The translations under genes were made by a program, and so were the position numbers. Positions 1-11,599 of a stretch of DNA of 64,000 nucleotides are shown here, in pieces. Under the pieces are notes generated by a model that was given only the letters and a program-made list of their open reading frames with translations, did no database searches and was not told the origin of the DNA. Within the stretch, counting starts at the first letter, position 1, and every line of letters begins with the position of its first letter. This stretch comes from Octopus bimaculoides (Eukaryota). Location: the NCBI RefSeq assembly GCF_001194135.2, contig NC_069003.1, positions 32,663,339 to 32,727,338 of the forward strand, in the 5' to 3' direction.

Positions 1-2493
1 TACATACGTAATTACGTACGTACGTTCTTTCGTTCGTTCGTACGTTCGTACATACGTTCGCTCGTTCCTTCATATCATTTCTTCGTATGTACGTACCTTC
101 GTTCTTTCGTTAGATCGTTCGATCGTTCGTTTGTACGTCGTACGTACAATTGTTCGTGCGTACGTACGTTCGTTCTTTCGTTCGGTCGTTCGTTCATACG
201 TACGTACGTTCGTCCGTTAATTCTTTCGTTCGTACGTATTTACGTACGTACGTACGTTCGTTTTTTCTTTATTTCGTTCTTTAGTTCGTTTGTTCTTTCT
301 TTCGTTTGTACGCACGTACATTCGTTCGTTCGTACGTACGTACGTACTTCAGTTCATTCGTTCGTACGTTCGTTTGTTTATTCGTTGGTTTATTCTTTCG
401 TTCGTAGGTACGTACGTATGTACGTTCGTTTGTTCATTCGTGCGTACGTACTTATCTACGTACGTACGTTCGTTCGTTAGTTCGTACGTACGCATATACG
501 TACGTACGTTCGTTGGTACGAAGGTACGTATGTACGTACCTTCGTTCGTTCTTTCGTTAGATTGTTCGTACGTTCGTTCGTTCGATCGTTCGTTTGTGCG
601 TCCGAACTTACATACGTTCGTTCGTACGTACGTTTGTTCGTTAATTCTTTCGTTCGATCGTTCTTTCGTTCCTCTGTTCGTTCAAACGTAAGGTCGCTCG
701 TTCGTTCGTACGTATTTACGTTCGTTTTTTCTTTATTTCGCTCTTTAGTTAGTTTGTTCTTTCTTTCGTTAGTACGAACGTACGTTCGTTCGCTCGTTCC
801 TTCGTACGTACGGCTGTTCGTTCGTTCGTACGTATGTACCTACATTTGTTCGTTAAATCGTTTGTTCTATCGTTCGTTCATACGTACGTACGTTAGTTCC
901 TTCGTTCTTACGTTCATTCGTACGGACGTACGTTCGTTCATTCGTTAGTACGTTGGTACGAACGTACGTACGTTCCTGCGTTCGTTCGTTCGTTCGTACA
1001 TACGTAATTACGTAGTACGTTCCTTCGTGCGTTCGTACATACGTAATTACGTACGTACGTTCTTTCGTGCGTTCGTGCATACGTAATTACGTACGTACGT
1101 TCTTTCGTTAGTTCGTACATACATTCGCTCGTTCCTTCATGTCATTTCTTCGTATGTACGTACCTTCGTTCTTTCGTCAGATCGTTCGTTTGTACGTCGT
1201 ACGTACGATTGTTCGTGCGTACGTACGTACGTACGTTCGTTCGGTCGTTCGTTCATACGTACGTACGTTTGTTCGTTAATTCTTTCGTTCGTACGTATTT
1301 TCGTACGTACGTACGTTCGTTTTTTCTTTATTTCGTTTGTTCTTTCTTTCGTTCGTACGCACGTACATTCGTTCGTTCGTACCTGCATACGTACTTTCGT
1401 TCGTTCGTACGTACGTACGTACATACGTACTTCAGTTCGNNNNNNNNNNCGTACGTACATACGTACTTCAGTTCGTTCATTCGTTCGTACGTTCGTTTGT
1501 TTATTCGTTGGTTTATTCTTTCGTTCGTAGGTACGTACGTATGTACGTTCGTTTGTTAATTCGTTCGTACGTACTTATCTACGTACGTACGTTCGTTCGT
1601 ACGTACGCATATACGTACGTACGTTCGTTGGTACGTAGGTACGTATGTACGTACCTTCGTTAGTTCTTTCGTTCTTTCGTTAGATTGTTCGTACGTACGT
1701 TCGTTCGTTCGATCGTTCATTTGTGCGTCCGTACGTACATACGTACGTACGTTTGTTCGTTAATTCTTTCGTTCCTCTGTTCGTTCATACGTACGTTAGT
1801 TCCTTCGTTCGTACGTTCATTCGTACGGGCGGACGTTCGTTCATTCGTTAGTACGTTGGTACGAACGTACGTACGTTCCTGCGTTCGTTCGTTTGTTGGT
1901 ACATACGTAATTACGCAGTACGTTCTTTCGTGCGTTCGTACATACGTTATTACGTACGTACGTTCTTTCGTACGTTCGTACATACGTTCGCTCGTTCCTT
2001 CATATCATTTCTTCGTATGTACGTACCTTCGTTCTTTCGTTAGATCGTTTGTTCGATCGTTCGTTTGTACGTCGTACGTACGTACGTTCGTTCGTTTGTC
2101 CGTACGTTTGTTCGTACGTTCGTTCGTACGTACGTTTGTTCGTTAATTCTTTCGTTCGTTCGTTCTTTCGTTCCTCTGTTCGTTCAAACGTAAGGTCGCT
2201 CGTTCGTTCGTACGTATTTACGTTCGTTTTTTCTTTATTTCGCTCTTTAGTTCGTTTGTTCTTTCTTTCGTTAGTACGAACGTGCGTTCGTTCGCTCGTT
2301 CCTTCGTACGTACGGCTGTTCGTTCGTTCGTACGTATGTATCTACATTTGTTCGTTAAATCGTTTGGTCTATCGTTCGTTCGTACGTACGTACGTAATTA
2401 CGTTTGTTCCTTCGTACCTACGTACGTTCGAAGGAACAAAAGAACGAACGAACGAACGATAGATAGATTGGACGTGCGAAAGAAAGAATAAAT

Positions 2494-2527
<34 letters not shown>

Positions 2528-2547
2528 ACATATACATACATATACAT

Positions 2548-2578
<31 letters not shown>

Positions 2579-5500
2579 AATGAATATATATAAATAAATA
2601 TATATATTTATTTATATGTATACGTTCGTTCGATCGTTCTTACGTACGTACGTTCTTTCATTTGTACGCATGTACGTACCTACATACGTACGTTTGTTCT
2701 TTCGTTCGTTCGTTCGTACAATCCTTAATTTCGTTCGATCCTTCGTTCATACGTACGTACGTTAGTTCGTTCTTTCTTACGTTCATTGGTACGGACGTAC
2801 GTTCGTTCGTTCGTTAGTACGTAGGTACGAACGTACGTACGTTCGTTCGTTCGATCGTTCGTTTGTACGTACGATTGTTCGTGCGTACGTACGTACATTC
2901 GTTCTTTCGTTCGTTCATTCGTACATACTTACGTACGTACGTACGTACGTTCGTTCATTTGTCCGTTCGTTCGTACGTACGTTTGTTCGTGAATTCTTTA
3001 GTTCGATCGTTCGTTCGTTCTTTCGTTTGTCTGTTCATTCGAACGTAAGTTAGCTCGTTCGTTCGTAAATATGTACGTTCGTTTTTTCTTTATTTCTTTC
3101 TGTAGTTCGTTTGTTCTTTCTTTCGTTCGTACGCACGTTCGTTCGTACGTACATACGTACTTTCGTTCGTTCGTTAGTTCGTACGTACGCATGTACGTAC
3201 GTACACACGTTGGAACGCAAGTACGTACGTACGCACGTTCGTTCGGTCGTTCGTACGTATGTGCGTACCTTCGTAAGGTCTTTCGTTTGATCGTTCGTTC
3301 GTTCGTACGTACGTTAGTTCGTACGTACGTTCGTTCGTTCGATCATTCGTTTCTACCTTTATACGTACATACGTGCGTACGATTGTTCGTGCGTACTTAC
3401 GTACCCTCGATCGTTTGTTCGTACGTACGTACGTACGTTTGTTCATTAATTCTTTCGTTCGATCGTTCGTTCGTACGTACGTACGTAATTACCTTCGTTC
3501 GTTCGTACTTACGTACGTTCGAAGGAACAAAAGAACGAACGGTAAGTACGTACGAACGAACGAACGCTAGATTGGACGTGCGAAAGAATGAATAAATATA
3601 TATATATATATATAAATAAATATATATATATAAATAAATAAACAAATATATATATATAAATAAATAAATAAAACAAATATATATATAAATAAATAAATAA
3701 AACAAAAGAATAAATATTTATATATATATAAATAAATAAATACATATATATAAATAAATATACATATATAAATAAATATACGTTTGTTCTTTCGTTCGTT
3801 CGTTCGTATGTACTATCCTTCATTCGTACATACGTTCATTCGCACGTTCGTTCTGTCGTACGTACGGACGTATGAATGTTTCCGTTCACTCATTCGTTCG
3901 TCCGTACGTAAGTTCGTTTGTTGTTCTTTCGGTCGTTCGTCCTTTCGTACGTAAGTACGAACTTTCGTTCGTTCATTCGTTGGTTCATTCTTTCGTTAGT
4001 TCGTTCGTTCGTATGTACGTTCGTGCGTACGTACGTAGGTACCAACTTACGTACGATCGTTCGTACGGACTTATCTACGTACGTTCGTTCGTTAGTTCGT
4101 ATGTACGTACACACGTTGGTACGTACGCACGTCGTACGTACGTTCGTTCGTTCGTTCGGAAGTACGTACCTTCGTTAGTTCTTTCGTTCGTTCGTTCGAT
4201 CGTTCGTTTGTACGTACGATTGTTCGTGCGTACGTACGTTCGTTCGTTCGTTCATTCGTACATACTTACGTACGTACGTTCGTTCGTGCGTACGTTTGTT
4301 CGTTAATTCTTTAGTTCGATCGTTCTTTCGTTTGTCTGTTCATTCGAACATAAGTTAGCTCGTTCGTTCGTAAATATGTACGTTCGTTTTTTTCTTTATT
4401 TCTTTCTTTAGTTCTTTTGTTCTTTCTTTCGTTCGTACGTACATACGTACTTTCGTTCGTTCGTACGTACGTACATACTTTCGTTCGTTTATTCGTTCGT
4501 TCATACGTACGTACGTTCGTTTGTTCATTCATTGGTTCATTCTTGCGTTAGTTCGTTCGTTGGTACGTACGTATGTACGTTCGTTTGTTCATTCGTGCGT
4601 ACGTACTATCGTTCGTTCGTTCGTACGTACTTATCTACGTACGTACGTTCGTTCGTACGTACGCATGTTCGTACGTACACACGTTGGAACGCAAGTACGT
4701 ACGTACGCACATTCGTTCCGTCGTTCGTACGTACCTTCGTAAGTTCTTTCGTTTGATCGTTCGTTCGTACGTACGTTCGTTCGATCGTTCCTTTCTACGT
4801 ACATACGTGCGTACGATTGTTCGTGCGTACGTATGTACCCTCGATCGTTCGGTTATTTGTTCGTCCGTTCATTTGTACGTACGTACGTACGTTCGTTCTT
4901 CCGTACGTACGTTTGTTCGTTAATTCTTTCGTTCAATCGTTCGTTCATCTGTTCGTTCAAACGTAAGGTCGCTCGTTCGTTCGTACATATCTACGTTCGT
5001 TTTTTCTTTAGTTCGTACGTACGTTTTTTCTTTAGTTCGTACGTACGTTCTTTCCTTGATTCGTACGTACGTACATAAGTACGTACGTACATCCGTTCGT
5101 TCGTTCGTACTTACGTACGTTCAAAGGAACATAAGAAAGAACGAAAGTACGTAAGTACGTACGAACGAACGATATATTGGACGTGCGAAAGAAAGAATAA
5201 ATATATATATAAATAAACAAATATATATATATAAATAAATAAAAACGAAAGAATATAAATATATATATATATATACGTTCGTTCGATCGTTCTTACGTAC
5301 GTACGTTCGTTCGTTCTTTCATTCGTACGTATGTACGTACCTACATACGTACGTTTATTCTTTCGTTCGTTCGTTCGTACAATCCATAATTTCGTTCGAT
5401 CCTTCGTTCAAACGTTGTACGTTAGTTCGTTCATTAGTACGTAGGTACGAAAGTACGTACGTTCCTGCGTTTGTTCGTACTTACGTACGTTCGAAGGAAC

Positions 5501-5594
5501 AAAAGAACGAACGAACGATAGATTGGACGTGCGAAATAAATATATATATATATATATATAAATAAATATAAATAAATATATATATAATTAAATA

Positions 5595-5640
<46 letters not shown>

Positions 5641-7140
5641 AATGAATATCTATATATATAAATAAATATATGTGCATATATATATTCGATCCTTCGTTCA
5701 TACGTACGTACGTTAGTTCATTCGTTCTTACGTTCATTCGTACGGACGTACGTTCGTTCGTTTGTTCGTTCATACGTAGGTACGAACGTACGTTCTTTCG
5801 TTCGTTCGTACATACGTAATTACGTACGTACGTTCTTTTGTTCGTTCGTTCGCGCGTTCCTTCATTTCTTTTCTTCGTTCTTTCGTTCGTTCGTATGTAT
5901 GTACTATCCTTCATTCGTACATACGTTCATTCGCTCGTTCGTTCTTTCGTACGTACGGACATATGAATATGTTTTCGTTCGTCCGTACGTAAGTTCGTTT
6001 GTTGTTCTTTCGTTCGTTCATACGTACGTTCGTTTGTTCTTTCTTTTCTTCGTACGCACGTACGTTCGTTCGTTCGTACGTACCTTCATTCGTTCGTACG
6101 TATGCACATTCGTCCGTTCGTTTGTTCATTCTTTCCTTAGTTCGTTCGTTCATTCGTAGGTACGTTCGTTTGTTCATTCGTGCGTACGTACTTAGGTACG
6201 ATCGCTCGTTCGTGCGTACGTACTTAGGTACGATCGCTCGTTCGTGCGTACGTACTTATCTACGTACGTAGGTTGGTTCGTACGTACGCTTGCACGTACG
6301 TACATACGTTGGTACGCAAGTACGTACGTACGCAAGGTCTTTCGTACGTACGTACGTACGTACCTTCGATAGTTCTTTCGTTCGTTCGTATTTACGTTCG
6401 TATGTACGTTCGTTTTTTCTTTATTTCGTTTGATCTTTCTTTCGTTCGTTCGTTCGTACATACATACGTACTATCGTTTGTTCAATCTTTCGTTCGTTCG
6501 TACGTACTTTCGTTCGTTCATTTGTTCCTTCGTTCGTACGTATGTACCTACATTTGTTCGTTAAATCGTTTGTTCTATCGTTCGTTCCTTCTTTCGTTCT
6601 TTAATTCATTCGTTCGTACGTACGTAATTACGTACGTTCGAAGGAACAAAAGAACGAACGAAAGTACGTAAGAACGAAAGAATAAATATATATATATATA
6701 AATACATAAACAAATATACATATATCAATAAATATATATATATATATATATACGTTCGTTCGATCTTACGTACGTACGTTCGTTCGTTCATTCGTACGTA
6801 CCTACATACGTACGTTTGTTCTTTCGTTCGTTCGTACAATCCTTAATTTCGTTCGATCCTTCGTTCATACGTACGTAGGTTAGTTCGTTCTTACGTTCAT
6901 AGGTCAGTACGTAGGTACGAACGTACGTAAGTTCCTTCGTTCGTTCGTACATACGTAATTACGTACGTACGTTCGCTCGTTCCTTCATTTCTTTTCTTCG
7001 TTCGTACGTACTATCGTTCATTCGCTCGTTCGTACGTAAGGACGTATGAATATGTTTCCGTTCGCTCGTTCGTTCGTATGTATGTACGTTCGTCTTTTCT
7101 TTATTTCGTTCTTTAGTTGTTCCTTTCGTTCGTACGCACG
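1..7140. repeat. Complex CpG-rich tetranucleotide satellite (TACG/TTCG-based) with kb-scale higher-order duplications and interspersed AT blocks
   Basis: Almost entirely TACG, TTCG, TTTG, TTCT, TACA 4-mers. Long blocks recur (e.g. gtaaggtcgctcgttcgttcgtacgtatttacgttcgttttttctttatttcgctctttagtt at ~689 and ~2190). AT blocks at ~2490-2620, 3593-3780, 5198-5275, 5537-5685, 6682-6750. Runs off the window start and into the gap at 7141. Confidence 0.97.
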
Positions 7141-7240
7141 NNNNNNNNNNNNNNNNNNNNNNNNNNNNNNNNNNNNNNNNNNNNNNNNNNNNNNNNNNNN
7201 NNNNNNNNNNNNNNNNNNNNNNNNNNNNNNNNNNNNNNNN

Positions 7241-7620
7241 TGTAGGACCACTGGCACAGAGGGGTTTCTATTTGCTGCTTCCTTGGCTCCCCTATCGTTT
7301 TCTGCCTGGTTGTTCATAGGAGTGGATGATCCATTCTTTTGAGGAGCCACTGGGTCAGAGAGACTTCCGGGTGTTTTTTCCTTTTCCTCCTCTCCATCCT
7401 TATCAGCCTTTCCACCATGGTTTCCGATTATGACATCTAGGGTGTCAATGTGTGGTCTGATGAGTGCATACGAGCGAAGGAATTCATTCTTCTTCCGCTC
7501 TATCTGATCAGTGGTTCTGTGAAAGCCATTATTCTTCAGTGCAGCAGTGATGATGTTGTTTGGGGGATCGCCACTAGCAATCGTCCATGCCCGCAACAGA
7601 AGATCTAACTCTTTCTGAAT
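7241..7620 (-). mobile_element. Myb/SANT-like (trihelix-type) DNA-binding domain coding fragment, probably transposon-derived
   Basis: Stop-free minus frame across the whole GC-richer island: IQKELDLLLRAWTIASGDPPNNIITAALKNNGFHRTTDQIERKKNEFLRSY followed by a charged low-complexity tail. It fits the E-x2-L-L-x2-W ... G-F-x-R-T-x2-Q-x3-K-x3-(L/F)-x3-Y pattern. The N-terminal Trp is replaced by AT microsatellite and the 3' end runs into a gap. Confidence 0.6.
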
Positions 7621-7868
7621 ATATGAATAAATAATATATATATATAAATAAATATATATATAAATAAATAAATAATATATTTATAAATAAATAAATATAT
7701 ATATATATAAATAATTAAATATATATATATAAATAATTAAATATATATATATAAATAATTAAATATATATATATAAATAATTAAATATATATATATAAAT
7801 AATTAAATATATATAAATAAATAAATAAATATACATATAAATAAATAAATATACATATATATATATAT
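7619..7868. repeat. AT-only microsatellite including ~5 copies of a ~22-bp unit (ataaataattaaatatatatat)
   Basis: Direct reading of 7619-7868; tandem unit at ~7707-7815. Confidence 0.9.
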
Positions 7869-8010
7869 GGGAGAATGTACAAAAAAAACAACAACAGACG
7901 AAGACAGGTGGTGTAAGCAACAAAAGGATGTATTAGTTTGACGCTCAGGAATACAGAAAGTCTTAAACTTTTTCGAGCTACGCTCTTCAACAGAAAGAAC
8001 ACGGAAAAAA
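7869..8010. mobile_element. Short interspersed repeat end, possibly a Penelope-like element terminus
   Basis: Minus strand reads TGAAGAGCGTAGCTCGAAA, resembling the TGAAGA...CGAAAC motif at Penelope pseudo-LTR ends. It sits between two AT microsatellites. Confidence 0.35.
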
Positions 8011-8045
8011 AAAATTGAATGGTCTGGTCAACGATCTATCATGGC

Positions 8046-8095
<50 letters not shown>

Positions 8096-9086
8096 NNNNN
8101 NNNNNNNNNNNNNNNNNNNNNNNNNNNNNNNNNNNNNNNNNNNNNNNNNNNNNNNNNNNNNNNNNNNNNNNNNNNNNNNNNNNNNNNNNNNNNNNNNNNN
8201 NNNNNNNNNNNNNNNNNNNNNNNNNNNNNNNNNNNNNNNNNNNNNNNNNNNNNNNNNNNNNNNNNNNNNNNNNNNNNNNNNNNNNNNNNNNNNNNNNNNN
8301 NNNNNNNNNNNNNNNNNNNNNNNNNNNNNNNNNNNNNNNNNNNNNNNNNNNNNNNNNNNNNNNNNNNNNNNNNNNNNNNNNNNNNNNNNNNNNNNNNNNN
8401 NNNNNNNNNNNNNNNNNNNNNNNNNNNNNNNNNNNNNNNNNNNNNNNNNNNNNNNNNNNNNNNNNNNNNNNNNNNNNNNNNNNNNNNNNNNNNNNNNNNN
8501 NNNNNNNNNNNNNNNNNNNNNNNNNNNNNNNNNNNNNNNNNNNNNNNNNNNNNNNNNNNNNNNNNNNNNNNNNNNNNNNNNNNNNNNNNNNNNNNNNNNN
8601 NNNNNNNNNNNNNNNNNNNNNNNNNNNNNNNNNNNNNNNNNNNNNNNNNNNNNNNNNNNNNNNNNNNNNNNNNNNNNNNNNNNNNNNNNNNNNNNNNNNN
8701 NNNNNNNNNNNNNNNNNNNNNNNNNNNNNNNNNNNNNNNNNNNNNNNNNNNNNNNNNNNNNNNNNNNNNNNNNNNNNNNNNNNNNNNNNNNNNNNNNNNN
8801 NNNNNNNNNNNNNNNNNNNNNNNNNNNNNNNNNNNNNNNNNNNNNNNNNNNNNNNNNNNNNNNNNNNNNNNNNNNNNNNNNNNNNNNNNNNNNNNNNNNN
8901 NNNNNNNNNNNNNNNNNNNNNNNNNNNNNNNNNNNNNNNNNNNNNNNNNNNNNNNNNNNNNNNNNNNNNNNNNNNNNNNNNNNNNNNNNNNNNNNNNNNN
9001 NNNNNNNNNNNNNNNNNNNNNNNNNNNNNNNNNNNNNNNNNNNNNNNNNNNNNNNNNNNNNNNNNNNNNNNNNNNNNNNNNNNNNC
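8096..9086. other. Assembly gap (largest of ~11 N runs in the window)
   Basis: N run flanked by (TA)n on both sides. Confidence 1.
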
Positions 9087-9167
9087 ATGCTGGTGCACTG
9101 CACTCATATAAATATATATATATATATATATACACATTTATATCACTCAATATATTGCTTAACCCAG

Positions 9168-9471
9168 GAGACTTGCTCAAGGTGGTCTGGTCTGCAAGTA
9201 ATACTGTGTCTACAATCCCATTATTGGGAAGTTAATTTGTTTATAACAATAAATAAGCCCATATCATGTTAGTAGTTTTCTAAAAGGAAAAAATTTTCAT
9301 ACTCACACATATTACCAGTATTTCTTGTTTGTACATCTAAACGAGTGCAATTTTATTTTATTTTCAGGCCATCCTACTCAATGGCAGAATTTAACCCTAG
9401 CTGGAATGGACGGTGTAGCACATGGCAAAGTTGGAAAGAATAGCGTGTCGGTGCTAGTGGATCATTTTTAA
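9168..9471 (+). CDS. Putative last two exons (9168-9197 and 9368-9443/9471) of an unidentified plus-strand gene converging on ZFAND
   Basis: ccag|GAGAC...GCAA|gtaata gives a 30-nt exon, then a 170-nt intron ending ttttattttattttcag|GCC. Two spliced frames stay open to stops at 9441-9443 (RLAQGGLVCKPSYSMAEFNPSWNGRCSTWQSWKE*) or 9469-9471 (DLLKVVWSASHPTQWQNLTLAGMDGVAHGKVGKNSVSVLVDHF*). AATAAA at ~9637. Product not recognised. Confidence 0.35.
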
Positions 9472-11403
9472 TTCTTTTAGAAACATTTTGCTGGAACACT
9501 GTGGCAATAAGCAAAGCCACTTAACACATTCCTGCCTACTTACCAAAGACACTGATAAAACATATCAGCTCTTCTGAAAACATTTCTGCAGCTGTTCAGC
9601 CAAAACCACAACACATTACAGACTGCAAAACAATGAAATAAAATACGAAAACGAGAGAACATAGACAGGCAACAACAATTTGATATTTAGTTCAATCACC
9701 TCACATTTGCTGTTGAGTCAAACATCACTAACCAGACTGTAAAACAATTTAGAAAGGGAAATAAAATGAAGATGAGAGAGAAAAAAAAACTAAGGTAATA
9801 ATTAAATTAGTGGAAGGTTTAATTTCTTATCCATCTATGAGCACCAAAACTACAGATTTTCCAGTTATGCGATCAGAGAGTTTAATTTTTTTTTTCTCTG
9901 GAGGTGTGTGTAGGGAGAGAGAATACTGAGACAGGGAACTGTTTGAAAACTAAGCACTCATTACTGAAAGCAAACATAAAAAATATAAGGTCAGTTTTCT
10001 CCTGTAGAAAGAGGATATGATGAAATTTGTCTAAAACTAAGTAAAACTACATCTTCCTCTATCTAATGTATGCAAAGTTTCAATGCGGTCATATATATAT
10101 ATTTTGTATTTAGGCAGAAACTTTCAATGGCATTATAAATCTGAATAAGAGTCTACAAATTCATTATTTCAAAAATATTCTTTTCCATGTATGTTAATAT
10201 CTCAAGCTGTGTGCCGAATTGTTTTTTGTCTCAAAATATGATTAAGAGGGCAGCAAATATAATGTTAGATAAGCTTCAAATTAAGTTTAGTTTAAGATAC
10301 GTAAATGGCTTTTTTTTTTTTTAAATGTCTAGTTTATGTAATAGTAGTGATTGTCATGACAATACAACCTCACTTCTTTGATACTGGTCTGAACAGCTAA
10401 GAAATATATGAAGGAACAATTTTTTTTTGTCTTCTTCCCCTCAAAACACTTTGCTTTGATGCTACTCTGGCTGAAGAGCTATGAAATATAAATAGAACCA
10501 GTTTTTCTTTCTCGAGCAAATTGCCTGATTCAGTATATAAACTACTCAACTACTTTTCAACAGACAGACAGTTCTTAATGTTTTAAAGTAGGCAGGCAAA
10601 GAAAGCTGAAGTTATAAGAAGTTATTGTATCAAACTATTTCTATTGTGAATAAAATTTAGACACAAGAAAAAAAGATGGCAGCTTAGATAGGAGGATTAA
10701 TTTGTATTTGAATTAAAAAATAATAATAATAATAATAATAATAATAATTTGGAAGAGTATCTTGCTCAATTTTTATTCCAGTTTGATACAATTAAAATTC
10801 AGTAATGATTTCATTCAATTGATCAATCAGCTTAAGCCTTTAAAAACTAACTTGGAACAAGGATTGTAATAGATCTTTGAAAGTGACAATTTTGTACAGA
10901 AGATTTTTTTAAAAGTATATATTGATATTCAGAAATAATCTTCCAGTCTTGTTATTAATTACATTTACAATATATGTATAAGAAAAAAAAAATGTATTAT
11001 AATGTATATATATGTTAAACACAATGCATGTGTGTATACAGAATAAATAACAATTCTTGCTTGTGGTTGTTTATTTCAAATACTTATTCACAACTATTTT
11101 AAAAATTAAAAAAAGCGTAAAATCTTTTAAAGGATTTTAAATCTGAGCACAAAAGTGCCATGCTTTCAATGAAAAGTATCAAGGCAAATAATGGCTGCTA
11201 GCAGGAAGAAGAAAAAATTCAATCCAACAAAACAAAAACTAGTTTTATAAGCCTGCGTCACCTGACCAAATGTAATTTTTCACAAGACAAAAACCTCACA
11301 CACAAATAATAAACATCACTTAATTGTGGAAGAATTAGTTTGTTGCTGGAAAACTTTCATATAGTAAAAGATTATTATTATTACTAATAAACATTAAAAT
11401 ATA

Positions 11404-11460
<57 letters not shown>

Positions 11461-11599
11461 AAGCAAATGGTTTTAGATTAAGAAAAATAAATAACAAAAA
11501 TAACTGCATTGATGTATTAACTGCATTTTTAAATTATGAAAAATTACTTCCTAAGTTACAAGTACTTAATTTAAAATGTAACAAGGATTAAAATACATT

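Noticed and set aside
290-6839. Dozens of 60-174 aa ORFs (FVRSYVRT / NERTYVRT repeats)
   Set aside because: TACG/TTCG 4-mers contain no stop triplets, so the 4-residue-periodic peptides are automatic by-products of the satellite.
1-7140. CRISPR-like repeat/spacer array
   Set aside because: Eukaryotic context, no unique spacers, no constant repeat length and no cas genes; the recurring caps are separated by satellite sequence.
7987-9272. 350-417 aa ORFs across 8-9.2 kb, and similar ones at 38501-39221 and 61995-62324
   Set aside because: They are open only because they cross N gaps.
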